A stretch of 64,000 nucleotides of DNA from an uncultured bacterium. GTDB lineage: Bacteria; Babelota; Babeliae; Babelales; Babelaceae. Below, in pieces: positions 11,901 to 21,484 of the stretch. Where the stretch lies: the NCBI GenBank assembly GCA_963713855.1, contig OY970209.1, forward strand, positions 1,120,001-1,184,000, read 5' to 3'. The position numbers and the translations under genes are program-made. Positions within the stretch are counted from its first letter, which is position 1. Every line of letters begins with the position of its first letter. The notes beneath the pieces were generated by a model. That model saw only the letters and a program-made list of their open reading frames with translations. It was not told where the DNA came from and did not search any database.

Positions 11901-12183
11901 TTCACCGGTATTGACAAGCACGGGCAATGTGTTTCTGGCAACGGCAAACAGTGATTCGAATGATGTATCGGTAGCAACAATTTTTGGTAGTGAGCAAGGA
12001 GGAGATGGCGGCAATCTTCCTATAGGGGTTATTATAGGAACAACAGTTGGAGTGCCTGTAGCCCTCGGTCTTATAGCAACGGTAAGTGCGGTTAGCGCCT
12101 TCCTTTTCTATAAGTATTGGCATAAACATCGCGGTCTTCAAAGCGTGAATTATAGTGGTCCAGAATCTACGGATACCTTGTGA
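8911..12183 (+). CDS. Membrane-anchored beta-propeller repeat protein, 21 blades
   Basis: Signal peptide; 14 blades bracketed by Cys (NNSCSL...INC) plus 7; TM LPIGVIIGTTVGVP; tail YKYWHKHRGLQSVNYSGPESTDTL. Confidence 0.9.
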   Translation: MVMKTSVVLSIVLCLVARIEANNSCSLDIGVNYALPAGSLNPNAIAFSPSGNYAAIANTNSNSVTVCTVGAGGVLSGPVSYALPSSSLSPYSVAFSPSGNYLATANFNSNDVTVFTVGSGGVLSGATSYALPTGSRNPYSITFSPSGSYLVTANVSSSDVTLFSVGAGGVLNAGASYLAGTSPYSVMFSPSGYLACANWGSNNVTMFTIGTGGMILFTTSYALPAGATEPTSLAFSPSGSYLATANEGTNNVTVFQVTGGSLSGAISYALPGGSTIPFSVAFSPSGNYLSTANAVSNDVTTFTVGSGGALSGAASFALPSGSKGPQSIAFLPSGNYLSTANYTSNDITTFTVGAGGALSGGNSFTLPISSIKPYSAAFSPTGNYVATANFGSNSVTTFTVSGGVLSGAASYGLPSGSTGPYAVAFSPSGNYLATADSSSNSVTVFTVGAGGALSAGASYTLPAGSTTPQAITFSTSGNYLATGNFGSNDITIFLVGAGGTLSGAQSYALPAGSQQPYSVVFSPSDSYLATANFNGNVTMFTVGAGGTLNSVASYLVPSAARSVAFSPSGNFLACANQGTNNVTVFTVGTGGTLSGATTYPLPFDSIEPISLAFSPSGTYLVCANGFSNVNGVTIFTVNAAGTLSEAVSYDLPPGSTAPLSVAFSPSGNALVTANPSSNEVTLFTINCASNPAFQGTSYPLPIGSREPRSIAISKEGMYLATGNYNSSDVTLFSIDPNGILNNAASFLLPAGSLAPADVAFSFNSSYLATANSRTNDVTLFELTGGKLIGASSYKLPSNSTQPVSIQFSPNGYLATANSKSGDITLFKVGAGTLSNALSYVLPSNSSNPVAVAFSSDGSYLATANLLSNDITLFNATNGALKSISSQKLPADSSMPQSVIFLPGSNGNIFVATANSNSSDVTIFPVNGGVLEPGTSYKLPLGSTDPLFIAVAPQGVYLGTANGLSNTFTLFAITNGVLDEGFSYNLPGNSSNDVAITFSPVLTSTGNVFLATANSDSNDVSVATIFGSEQGGDGGNLPIGVIIGTTVGVPVALGLIATVSAVSAFLFYKYWHKHRGLQSVNYSGPESTDTL

Positions 12184-12359
12184 GAGAAAAGATTATTTAC
12201 AAACAAGAGACCAAATACTCAAGCTCTAATACGTCCACATTATCTATTTTCTGCTCGCCTTTCGAGCTCAATTTTAGCACAGCTTACTATCATTTTTGAT
12301 AAAAATGGATTATTATTCGTGTCTTGTACTCTATAGCATCCTAAACATGGTTGAAGTAT

Positions 12360-14111
12360 ATGATACTTGTTCGTAAATGTGCAGTTATTATTTTTATAGT
12401 ATGTTTTGTTTATAGTGACTGCATGGAAGAAAGAAAGAGAAAGCCTCAAGAAGAATTTTGTCCCGTAAAAAAGGGTAAAATTTTTAATTCTAAGTCGACC
12501 TCAGAGCTTTTTAGAGCGATTGCTGACGGTGATGAAGACCTTGTTTCAAAGCTTGTTTTAGAAGAAAACGCTGACGTTAACGGTCGTGATGATGAAAATG
12601 TTACTCCTTTACATAGAGCATTGGAGCTAGGTTCTAAAGCTCTTGTTAACCGACTTATGAATTTAGGAGCAGATGCTTCCTTGGCAGACCAGCAAGCAAG
12701 GAACGAAGTTTGCTTTGACCTAAACCCACAACCGTGGCAGTATTTGCCCTCAGGGGCGCTAACACCATTAGAATATACGATATTGATGCTTGATGATCCT
12801 CTTCGCATTGAAATACTTACTCTGATGATTGAAAGCGGAGCCGTGCTCAACCCTCGCAACGAGCCCTTTACGCCGCTTCATATTGCAGCAACAACAAGCT
12901 CGGCCCATTCTTGCCTTAAAATGCTTCTTTTACATAAAGCAAACCCAAACCAACGAAACTCTAAGAGCATTTCTCCGTTATTTGTAAGTGCTTTTTATGG
13001 TAATGCTGAAGGGGTATTGACGCTTTTAGAGTATGGAGCAGATGCTAACATGCAGCAGTTATTCATGGGTAGTCAAAGAGTTGCGTTATCGCAGCCTGTA
13101 AGAGCACTCAGTGGCGTACTGGATGAAGAAGCTTGTCCAGAATCCTTAGCTAGTCTTCTTCAGCTTTTGCACCTCCTGCTTCGGTGCACCCGACTCAGTC
13201 TGCTTGATTTACAATCGAGCAGACTTTTAGATAGAGAGCTTCCACTACTACATGAAGGATATCACTTATTTAACAATGCCATTGAAGAGGCCCTTGTTCT
13301 AAATGATCAGGAAAAGTTTATGGGGGAGCTTTTACAACTTACGAATCTTGGCCGAGATTTAACAGAAGAAGAACGCAAATCGCTAGAAACAACTGCATTT
13401 TTCGCACTGGGCCGCGGAAATAAAGAGTTTGTGGCTTTTATAATTGATAATTTTGGATCTGTTCTTAATCCGAGATTATGCAGGGAACTTTTCATTGGTG
13501 CGGCTCGATTTGGCCATACTGATATTCTTTCGTATCTCCATAATAGTATAGAACCAACGCCTGAGTTAGTTAATGAAGCATTCGTCGTGGCAGGTCGCGC
13601 AAGGCAACCGAACTCGATGATATTTCTTTACTCAACTGACATGCTTGAAAATTCTACTATAGAGATTGTTTTAAATAGAGCTATCGCTTGGGGGCAGACA
13701 ACCGTATTTAAAATGCTCTTAAATTATATACTTCGCGAAGCTAAAGTCCCAGGCCTATTTATTCAAGCAGCAGCGCAGGGAAGAATCAAGCTCTTAAGGC
13801 TTTTGAGCGATGGGAGCGTCATTCCTAGTGCTCAACTTGAAGAAGCAATTTTGAAAGCAGCTCTTGGTAAGCACGTTAAAGCAGTGCGTTATATACTTTT
13901 ACTGTACCCAGACATTGACGTAACAAGGGTGATTCAAGAAATAAATGCTCTTCTTGAAGGCGGAGAGATAACTAGGCAAAGCAGAACTTATTACGAAGAA
14001 ATTCTAAATTTACTGAAATCAAATGTTTCTCACACATTTTTAAGGACAGACTTTTCTACAATAGAGACGTTCTTTCCAGTAGTTTTTGGCCAAAAATCTC
14101 CTTTTGCCTAG
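12360..14111 (+). CDS. Secreted ankyrin repeat protein with bipartite NLS-like motif
   Basis: Signal peptide, then MEERKRKP...KKGK; TPLHRA and TPLHIAA ankyrin motifs; paralog of 61193 and 63055. Start moved to ATG 12360. Confidence 0.85.
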   Translation: MILVRKCAVIIFIVCFVYSDCMEERKRKPQEEFCPVKKGKIFNSKSTSELFRAIADGDEDLVSKLVLEENADVNGRDDENVTPLHRALELGSKALVNRLMNLGADASLADQQARNEVCFDLNPQPWQYLPSGALTPLEYTILMLDDPLRIEILTLMIESGAVLNPRNEPFTPLHIAATTSSAHSCLKMLLLHKANPNQRNSKSISPLFVSAFYGNAEGVLTLLEYGADANMQQLFMGSQRVALSQPVRALSGVLDEEACPESLASLLQLLHLLLRCTRLSLLDLQSSRLLDRELPLLHEGYHLFNNAIEEALVLNDQEKFMGELLQLTNLGRDLTEEERKSLETTAFFALGRGNKEFVAFIIDNFGSVLNPRLCRELFIGAARFGHTDILSYLHNSIEPTPELVNEAFVVAGRARQPNSMIFLYSTDMLENSTIEIVLNRAIAWGQTTVFKMLLNYILREAKVPGLFIQAAAQGRIKLLRLLSDGSVIPSAQLEEAILKAALGKHVKAVRYILLLYPDIDVTRVIQEINALLEGGEITRQSRTYYEEILNLLKSNVSHTFLRTDFSTIETFFPVVFGQKSPFA

Positions 14112-14261
14112 CTTTAACCTTCATCGTCAATAAAGGACAAACCCCCGCCCCGGGTATCTGTATCTGTACCTGTAGAATAGCCAAGCAATTTCTAAAAAGT
14201 AATTGAGATACTTGCTTCACGTGTTAGAATATTAATAATTGTATGAAAAAGACGGGTCGTC

Positions 14262-15950
14262 ATGCATTACAAGCATAATATAAAAATGATTATTGGTATT
14301 GCCGTATGTGTAATCCTGCTGGAGACTTTTCCTGCTCTTTGCATGGAAGAGGGGGAGGACTGCGCAAAAGAAGCCTATGGAGAGCCTCAAGAAACGAGGC
14401 AGGAAAATTTGCAAGAAGCACAACAAGCATTGTTGCGCGCAATTGAAGGCGGTGAAACCAATCAAGTTCGCGAAATTGTTCACCAGGGTATTGATCTAAA
14501 TTTCTATGATCATGAAGGACGTGGGCCTATGCATTATGCAGCAATGGCTGGCGATACTTCTATACTTGCTGTCCTTGCGGATGCTAAAGGTGATCTACGC
14601 GATCGCGACGATACAGGCAGAGAGCCTCTTCATTACGCAGCAATGGCAGGGCAGCTTGAAGCGCTCATGTGGCTTATAGAGCAAGGAGTTGATCGGGATG
14701 CCAGAGCATGGGATGGCTGCCAACCCGCGCATTACGCAGCTCGGCACGGTCATGTCGCAATTCTAGAATACTATACAGGTCCAGGTTCTGTTGTTGAAGA
14801 TCATAGGGGTAGAGAGCCAATACACTATGCAGCACGTGCTGGGCGCATCAATGTGCTTCAGTTTCTTGATGAGCACGGGGTGAGTTCTAGCACCGCTGAC
14901 GCTGGGGGAGAGCTACCTATCCATTATGCGTCAAATGGTGGGCATTTCAATGCACTGGTGTGGCTTTCAGAACATGGAGCAGATTGTAAAGCCACCACTA
15001 GAAGTGGTAATAACGCATTCCATTATGTGGCAGAAAATGGGAGCATTCGTCTCTTGGCATGGCTGCTGGGACAGGGCGTTTCTCCCGAAGCGTGTAATCG
15101 AGATGGAACTCGGCCGCTGCATCGTGCCGGTGCGTTCGGGAATATACCCGCACTGACGTGGCTTATTCTTCATGGATGCAACAGAGACGCACTTGATTAT
15201 AAGAAGAAAGATGCGGTATGGCATAGTGATAGACACCTTAAAACCTTGCTCTGGTTATTTGATCACGGTGCTTCGTTGACATGTTTGACCGATAAACAAA
15301 AAAACGGGTTTAAACCCTACCCACTTATTTTGGCGATTTTAAATAGCCAAGAAGATGAAGCAATTGCATTATTGCTTAAACGAGGCGTACAAGAAAGCGC
15401 AGGAAGAGATGCAAATGAGTGGCGGCATGCCTTCTTGCTGAGCATTGCTTTAGGTTATCGGAACCTTTTTAGTTTTATGCTCGAACATTCCGAAGGAAAG
15501 ATGACTTCCAGATTGCTCAGAGCAGCTTTAGAAACGGCCGCTGCTTGCGGTAACGCCGACGCGTGCCTAGCGTTATATGCATGTGCATCAAGTTACATAG
15601 ACAGCAAAGAAATGACTTATGCGGAAGTCAAATCGATATTGGAGAACGCGCTTGAGTGGGCAAGTGTCGCTGGCCATGAGAAAGCTGTGACATTTATATT
15701 GAATTATGCTATTGCTTATGAAGGAGTGCCTGATCTGAATGTTGGCAGAGCACTTAACAGGTTAAATGAAATAGAAGCAAGAGCTGCTCAGCTCGGGCGC
15801 GAGTTTAACCTAGAGAGCATACGTGACCGGCTTATATTAGCTCAAATGATGCAAGATCAGAGGCTGATGTTTGACTTACAAGATCTGATTGATCATCTTC
15901 CTTCAGAGCTTCGAGTATTAGTTATGAGCTTTGCTCTTAGTCCAGGATAG
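14262..15950 (+). CDS. Secreted ankyrin repeat protein with C-terminal F-box-like motif
   Basis: Signal peptide; several GREPLHYAA-type repeats; ends DLIDHLPSELRVLVMSFAL. Confidence 0.88.
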   Translation: MHYKHNIKMIIGIAVCVILLETFPALCMEEGEDCAKEAYGEPQETRQENLQEAQQALLRAIEGGETNQVREIVHQGIDLNFYDHEGRGPMHYAAMAGDTSILAVLADAKGDLRDRDDTGREPLHYAAMAGQLEALMWLIEQGVDRDARAWDGCQPAHYAARHGHVAILEYYTGPGSVVEDHRGREPIHYAARAGRINVLQFLDEHGVSSSTADAGGELPIHYASNGGHFNALVWLSEHGADCKATTRSGNNAFHYVAENGSIRLLAWLLGQGVSPEACNRDGTRPLHRAGAFGNIPALTWLILHGCNRDALDYKKKDAVWHSDRHLKTLLWLFDHGASLTCLTDKQKNGFKPYPLILAILNSQEDEAIALLLKRGVQESAGRDANEWRHAFLLSIALGYRNLFSFMLEHSEGKMTSRLLRAALETAAACGNADACLALYACASSYIDSKEMTYAEVKSILENALEWASVAGHEKAVTFILNYAIAYEGVPDLNVGRALNRLNEIEARAAQLGREFNLESIRDRLILAQMMQDQRLMFDLQDLIDHLPSELRVLVMSFALSPG

Positions 15951-15991
15951 GTAGTTAAAACTGCTCAGAAGGATACCATGAAAGGTTGCTC

Positions 15992-16981
15992 ATGAATTTA
16001 AAACAAGTAATAAGTGTCGCACTGTTCGTAACATGCGTCCATATGATAGCTATGGAAGATAGACCAGGAAATGAAAAAACTTACACAGACGATACCAGTG
16101 CTTACGATAGCTCCGGTATGCAGCCTTTGCATTGTGCAGCTTTACGTGGAGAGATACCTTTATTGTCCCACCTTGTCCAAACTGGTAGTGCAGTCACTAG
16201 TCTTGATGATTTGGGGAGGGAGCCACTATGGTATGCACTTCAGGCGGGCCATTTAAATGCTGCTTTGTGGTTGCTTGATCATGGGGCGACTATAAGCACG
16301 TTAACAGAGGAGCAGATAAATTTATTAAAACAGTATCCTTGCATTTATGCGTTATTAAGCGGCGACGAAAATCTGGCTCGTGAGCTACTTAGTGCGGCTA
16401 GTGATAATGAGAGTGTTAATGACGTAAGTCAAGCATTTTTGTTAGCTATAGCTTTACAGTATCAAGCATTTCTACAGTCTGTATTAGCAAGAGAGGACGT
16501 ATTGACGCCGGAACGTATGCGTGCAGGCTTTGAAACAGCAGCTGCTACAAATAATAAGGATGCATGTGTTCTATTGTATGAGTACCTTAAGAAGTACTTG
16601 GAAAGCCGAGGCTTATCTCAGCAATTAAGCTCCATAGCAGAAAATACCCTTTTTTGGGCGAGCGTTAAAGGATCTGAGTCGATTGTAGAGTTTATGCTTG
16701 AGCGCGCTTTTGCGCATAGGGAAATACCAGATCTAAGCTTGACTAGAGCTGTGCAGGGGGTTGGTAATATACTCGCAACATGGCCATTAACAGATGAAGA
16801 AAGCCGCCGCTTTAACAGTATTCAGCAAAGATTGTTGAATGCTGCCATAATTCAGGAACTTGCCCGTCAGCGTGAGTTGAATCGTCAAATAAATTCTTCT
16901 GATCTGCCTTTGCATATTCGCCGATACATCAGAACATTTAATTTGGGTCCTCAGATTGGGTGCAGTAGCAGTCTATTTTAA
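15992..16981 (+). CDS. Secreted ankyrin repeat protein, short paralog of 14262
   Basis: Signal peptide, GMQPLHCAA and GREPLWYA repeats, shared helical C-domain, ends DLPLHIRRYIRTF. Confidence 0.85.
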   Translation: MNLKQVISVALFVTCVHMIAMEDRPGNEKTYTDDTSAYDSSGMQPLHCAALRGEIPLLSHLVQTGSAVTSLDDLGREPLWYALQAGHLNAALWLLDHGATISTLTEEQINLLKQYPCIYALLSGDENLARELLSAASDNESVNDVSQAFLLAIALQYQAFLQSVLAREDVLTPERMRAGFETAAATNNKDACVLLYEYLKKYLESRGLSQQLSSIAENTLFWASVKGSESIVEFMLERAFAHREIPDLSLTRAVQGVGNILATWPLTDEESRRFNSIQQRLLNAAIIQELARQRELNRQINSSDLPLHIRRYIRTFNLGPQIGCSSSLF

Positions 16982-17042
16982 AAGAGTACATGAACTATCA
17001 GTTATGCCAGAGTTACCGGCGTTAACTCAGCAAAAAAATTTG

Positions 17043-17915
17043 CTACAAAGGCATGGCTTTTCCAGGTTTGCATCTACTCGTGTACGCATCATAATCAGTT
17101 TTTTGACAGCAGACATTAAAACCTGGCATATAGTATGAGTTTGGTGGGCAACATCCGCCTTGACGCGGGTCATCGTTGCCGATCACATCACCAGGAAGCC
17201 TTGCAAAAGTTTTTCCTTCTGGACAGCAAGTATTGTTGGCACGATTTACTTGGCTGTTTGGACAGCAGGTATTTGTTGAAGCGATGAAGGTGTTTCCGGA
17301 AGCACAACAGATAGTGTTATTGGGATTGTACGCAGATTCTGGACAGCATGTACCTTTTTGATCATACACTTGTCCGGCAGGGCAGCAGCCGCCCTTGCCC
17401 TCGACGTTGGTCGGATTACTAAAGGTCGGTTTATCCGCAGGACAACAGGTTTTAGCTGCAGCCACAAACACGCTTCCAGAGGGACAGCAGCTATTATTGT
17501 CTAAATTATACGAGTAAGAAGGGCAGCACGTACCGGACTGATCATAGACCTGACCCGAAGGACAGCAGCCACCCTTACCATTTGCATCAGTTGGATTACT
17601 AAAAGTCGGCTTACTCAAAGGACAGCATGTCTTTGTATTTGGGTTAAATTGCGTTTGAGCGCAACAATAGCTTGTCGTTGAATCATACAATTGTCCCTGT
17701 GGGCAGCATCCGCCGTAACCCGCCTTGCCAGAAGCTGGATACTGAGGATATGTGGCATTACTGTAGACTTGGCCAACCGGACAGCAACTTTTACTCTCTG
17801 GATTCCAGGCATAGCCCTCATTTTCGCAACCCTCTTTCGTGGCGGGATGCGCTATTTGAAGAGCCGAGAACAAACCCAAAGCTATAAAGTGGACTCTATA
17901 ACTCCCAAGCTTCAT
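17043..17915 (-). CDS. Secreted dicysteine (CCP) repeat protein, galaxin-like
   Basis: Signal peptide; 15 Cys-Cys pairs plus 2 single Cys; AGGAG SD; TTGACA-18-TAAGAT upstream on the minus strand (17982-17953). Confidence 0.85.
   Translation of the reverse strand: MKLGSYRVHFIALGLFSALQIAHPATKEGCENEGYAWNPESKSCCPVGQVYSNATYPQYPASGKAGYGGCCPQGQLYDSTTSYCCAQTQFNPNTKTCCPLSKPTFSNPTDANGKGGCCPSGQVYDQSGTCCPSYSYNLDNNSCCPSGSVFVAAAKTCCPADKPTFSNPTNVEGKGGCCPAGQVYDQKGTCCPESAYNPNNTICCASGNTFIASTNTCCPNSQVNRANNTCCPEGKTFARLPGDVIGNDDPRQGGCCPPNSYYMPGFNVCCQKTDYDAYTSRCKPGKAMPL
17274..17633 (-). repeat. Tandem 180-bp (60-aa) duplication inside the CCP protein
   Basis: KTCCPxxKPTFSNPTxxxGKGGCCPxGQVYDQxGTCCP occurs twice; GGATTACTAAA at 17413 and 17593. 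Confidence 0.85.
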
Positions 17916-18104
17916 TTCTTACTCCTTTGATAATCCAATTATATTTTCTATTATCTTACAAATATAAAATATTGATTGTCAAGGATTGTTGGAGGCAGCT
18001 GCTAAAACAGAAACGTGAGCACGGCATTTGGGGGCAGTAAAATGTTAATTCTAGAGCGGCACATTTTGTTACTAAATAAAACAATATTTGGAAATTATAG
18101 AGCA

Positions 18105-18132
18105 TTGACAAACGATCTCGTATTATTACACT
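18105..18132 (+). promoter_or_regulatory. Putative sigma70 promoter
   Basis: TTGACA-16 bp-TACACT, 28 bp before ATG 18161. Confidence 0.45.
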
Positions 18133-18160
18133 TAAAAGTGGGTAGAAAGGAAAAACAATC

Positions 18161-18790
18161 ATGAACAATGCACGATTAATATTGCTGATGGGTCTTGGAC
18201 TCATGGTCAACAATCTAATTTTTGCTATCAATGAAGTAAGAAGTGAGGATATCGAAGCTTTAATGTCTTATTTCTGGGATGAAGCACTAAAAGCAGCCCC
18301 TGCCACAAGCCGAAAAGCTGAAGGCAGCATTGTTGTTGATTTTGACAAGCGCACATTTGCAGAACAAACGCTAGCGTTCATCGAAACGAGCAGCGGCACC
18401 GTGGTGATTGTGCCAAAGAGTGTGCTAGACAAAAAATTACGTGCCATTGCACGAATCACTGCTGAAATTAATGTCCAAATGGAGGAGTTTGATAGAATTC
18501 TTGGCAAGAACGGCGACCATCAGGAATACTTAAACAAGCTAAGCCTAGGTGAAAAGCTAGCGAAAACCCAGAAAATTCTCTCAGAACCTGCAAATATTGA
18601 AAGACAGGGGCTCATCACGTTTGACGCAGCGGACTTAGAAAAAGGAGTCTTTATAGAAACGAGTTTGGGCACTGCTGCAATTGTGCCAATAACCGTATGG
18701 CATGAGTTAGAACAGAGGTTGCAAAAAACAGCCCAAACACTTGATGCACAAATAGAAGATTACGACCGGCTTATTGCACAGTTAGCCTAG
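18161..18790 (+). CDS. Secreted hypothetical protein with an internally duplicated domain
   Basis: Signal peptide; FIETSxGTxxIVP...Q(M/I)E(E/D)(F/Y)DR occurs twice. Confidence 0.8.
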   Translation: MNNARLILLMGLGLMVNNLIFAINEVRSEDIEALMSYFWDEALKAAPATSRKAEGSIVVDFDKRTFAEQTLAFIETSSGTVVIVPKSVLDKKLRAIARITAEINVQMEEFDRILGKNGDHQEYLNKLSLGEKLAKTQKILSEPANIERQGLITFDAADLEKGVFIETSLGTAAIVPITVWHELEQRLQKTAQTLDAQIEDYDRLIAQLA

Positions 18791-18837
18791 TTATTCCAGT
18801 AGCCCGACGGTACGTTAACGACATTCCTTTTTGTGGG

Positions 18838-21129
18838 TTAAAGCGTTTCTGTAGCTAATTCTGTCCCTCCAAAATTAACACTTCCACCGCGATGCTTGTA
18901 CCAATACTTGTAAAGTACATAAGCGCTTATACCGCCTACGGCCGCTATTATTACCAATGCTACAGGTACACCAACGGTCGTTCCTATGATGGCACCTATG
19001 GGAAGGCTGCTCCCATCGCCATTACCATTTTCTCCTTGGCCAACAGTACCAAAAATCGTTACTACGGATACATCATTTGAATCACTATTTGCTGTCGCAA
19101 AAAAAACATTCCCCGTTCTCAATCCGGAAGAGAATGTCACTGCTACGTCATTGCTTGAATTTCCGGGCAGATTATACGAGAAGCTTTGATCAAGTGTTCC
19201 GTTACTCTGCTCAAACAGGGTAAAGGTATTAGAAAGACCATTTGCCGTTACTAGATATGTACCTTGAGGAGCAACTGCAATAAAAAGGGGATTAGTCGAA
19301 CCTAAGTTCAATTTATACGATATACCGGTTTTTAAAATACCTCCATTTATTGGAAATAGAGTTACATCACCCGAATCACTATTTGCAGTCGCTACAAAAA
19401 TACCTACGGAGGTTAGCAAAAACGCTACCGAGTGTGGCATGCTGGAATTAGCCGGCAATTTTTGGGACGAAATACTTTTTAATACCCCGTTTGTGGCATT
19501 AAAAAGGGTCACATCATTTGATAGAGCATTTGCTGTTGCAAGGTATGAGCCGTCGGGTGAAAATGCCACCGCTACCGGGTTAGTTGAATTAGCAGGCAAC
19601 GCATAAGACAGCGCATGACTAAGAATTCCCGCTTCTATTTTAAAAAGAGTGATATCTCCCGATTGACTATTTGCTGTTGCCAGATAAGCATCGTTCGGTG
19701 AAAATTCTACCGAAACAGGCTGCGTCGAATTGCTTGGTAATCTATATGATCGGGCACCGGCTAATTTTCCCCCGATTACGTCAAATAAAGTTATATCATT
19801 TGTTTTGCTATTTGCTGTCGCAAGGTATGTTGTATTAAAAGAGAATGCAACACTTGCTGGCGCTAATGATCCTAATGGTAATAAGAATGAACTTGCATTG
19901 CTCAGTGTGCCGTTTTGACTTGCCAAAAAGAGCGTAACGTCGCTTGTATTGTAATTGCCTGTTGCCACATATAAACCATCGTTGGAAACAGCAATTGAAT
20001 GTGGTTCTCGAGAGCCGGGAGGTAAAGGGAATGATGTTCCTTCTACGGCTTGATTTGCAGGACAATTTACCGTAAACACGGTTACATTATTTGAGCTTTG
20101 ATTAGCAGTAACAAGATAATTCCCGGATGGCGAAAATGCAACCGAAAAAGGAGTCGATGCTCCAGCAGAAACGGGGTAAGACACAGCTTGGCTTAATATC
20201 CCTTGGGAGCTTACAGAAAATAACGTTACATCATTTGAGCCATAATTAGCGGTTGCAAGATAGTTTCCTGATGGCGAGAATTCTATCGAAATGGGGTTTA
20301 CCGAACCACTAGGCAATGAGTAAGAAATAGCGTTAGTAAGCGTACCACCCGCTCCAACTGTAAGCACTGTTACAGTACTCGAGTTTTGGCTCGCGATAGC
20401 CACATAATCACCTGAAGGCGAAAATGCAGCTGAAGAAGGACCGTTGCTTGCGGCAGGCAGAGCATACGACACCGCGCCGCTCAGAACACCACCGGCACCT
20501 ACTTGGAATACTGTTACGTTATTGGAGGATAAATTGGTAGTGAGCACGTAGTTACCTGAAGGTGAAAAAGCCGCTGAATAGATTCCTGTTGAGCCAGCAG
20601 GCAGAGCATACGACGTGCCTGCGCTTAACGTACCTCCGGTCCCTACGGTAAACATTGTCACATTATTCGAACCATTATTAGCAGTAGCAAGGTAATTGCC
20701 ATTGGGTGAGAATTTTATTGAAAAAGGACTTGTCGAACCGCCTGGCAGAGCATATGATACTGCTCCGCTTAAAGCTCCCCCCGATCCCGCAGAAAATACT
20801 GTTACCTCGTTTGAAGCATCAGCAGTTGCAAGATAATTTCCTGATGGTGAAAAGGCCAAACTGTAAGGTCCTGAAGAAGCTCCCGGCAAAGGATAGGACG
20901 TCACGCTAACTAGAGTACCTTGCAAGGACGATGAGAAGATGGTCACGTTTGCGGTACTCAAATTTGCGGTAGCTAGGTAATTGCCTGAAGGCGAAAACGC
21001 GGCTGAGGAAGGCCCAGCGCCCGAAGGCAAACCGTAATTTGCACCCTGTTGCAATGAGCAACTGTTATTCGCTTCTATTCTTGCCGCTATTAAATACAAT
21101 ACTATGCTTAGTGCTACCTTAGTCTTCAT
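18838..21129 (-). CDS. Membrane-anchored beta-propeller repeat protein, 14 blades
   Basis: Start at ATG 21129 (MKTKVALSIVL..RIEANNSCSL, nearly identical to the 8911 leader); 7+7 blades; TM; tail YKYWYKHRGGSVNFGGTELATETL. Confidence 0.9.
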   Translation of the reverse strand: MKTKVALSIVLYLIAARIEANNSCSLQQGANYGLPSGAGPSSAAFSPSGNYLATANLSTANVTIFSSSLQGTLVSVTSYPLPGASSGPYSLAFSPSGNYLATADASNEVTVFSAGSGGALSGAVSYALPGGSTSPFSIKFSPNGNYLATANNGSNNVTMFTVGTGGTLSAGTSYALPAGSTGIYSAAFSPSGNYVLTTNLSSNNVTVFQVGAGGVLSGAVSYALPAASNGPSSAAFSPSGDYVAIASQNSSTVTVLTVGAGGTLTNAISYSLPSGSVNPISIEFSPSGNYLATANYGSNDVTLFSVSSQGILSQAVSYPVSAGASTPFSVAFSPSGNYLVTANQSSNNVTVFTVNCPANQAVEGTSFPLPPGSREPHSIAVSNDGLYVATGNYNTSDVTLFLASQNGTLSNASSFLLPLGSLAPASVAFSFNTTYLATANSKTNDITLFDVIGGKLAGARSYRLPSNSTQPVSVEFSPNDAYLATANSQSGDITLFKIEAGILSHALSYALPANSTNPVAVAFSPDGSYLATANALSNDVTLFNATNGVLKSISSQKLPANSSMPHSVAFLLTSVGIFVATANSDSGDVTLFPINGGILKTGISYKLNLGSTNPLFIAVAPQGTYLVTANGLSNTFTLFEQSNGTLDQSFSYNLPGNSSNDVAVTFSSGLRTGNVFFATANSDSNDVSVVTIFGTVGQGENGNGDGSSLPIGAIIGTTVGVPVALVIIAAVGGISAYVLYKYWYKHRGGSVNFGGTELATETL

Positions 21130-21484
21130 AAACGACTCTACCCTGTTTACTGAAAAACGTGCGACTATTTTCACCTATTTATCTAAGCCAGGACAAAGTC
21201 TAGCACAAGCTAGGCCTTTGTCCACGCATAGATCTTATATCACAAAGACCTACAAGCAGGATATCAATTGTTAATATTAGCAGCCAAACAGATAGTCGTG
21301 AAAAAGCTGCACGCTAGATCAAGGCATAGCGTCTGTCACTTTTTCGATTTTTAAGTCGGGCTTTGTTCTGTGGGGGCGGAGTTTTTTACAAAGCGCTTGT
21401 TGATTCCTCTATTTGGTTCTATTACAACCGTTGTATCTTTACCTATGATAAGAGGTTCCCGTTAAATTTTGGGCTTTTTCTTTC

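Noticed and set aside
10980..12000. Many N-x-S/T sequons suggesting host N-glycosylation
   Set aside because: Expected by chance given the Asn/Ser/Thr-rich composition; enrichment cannot be shown here.
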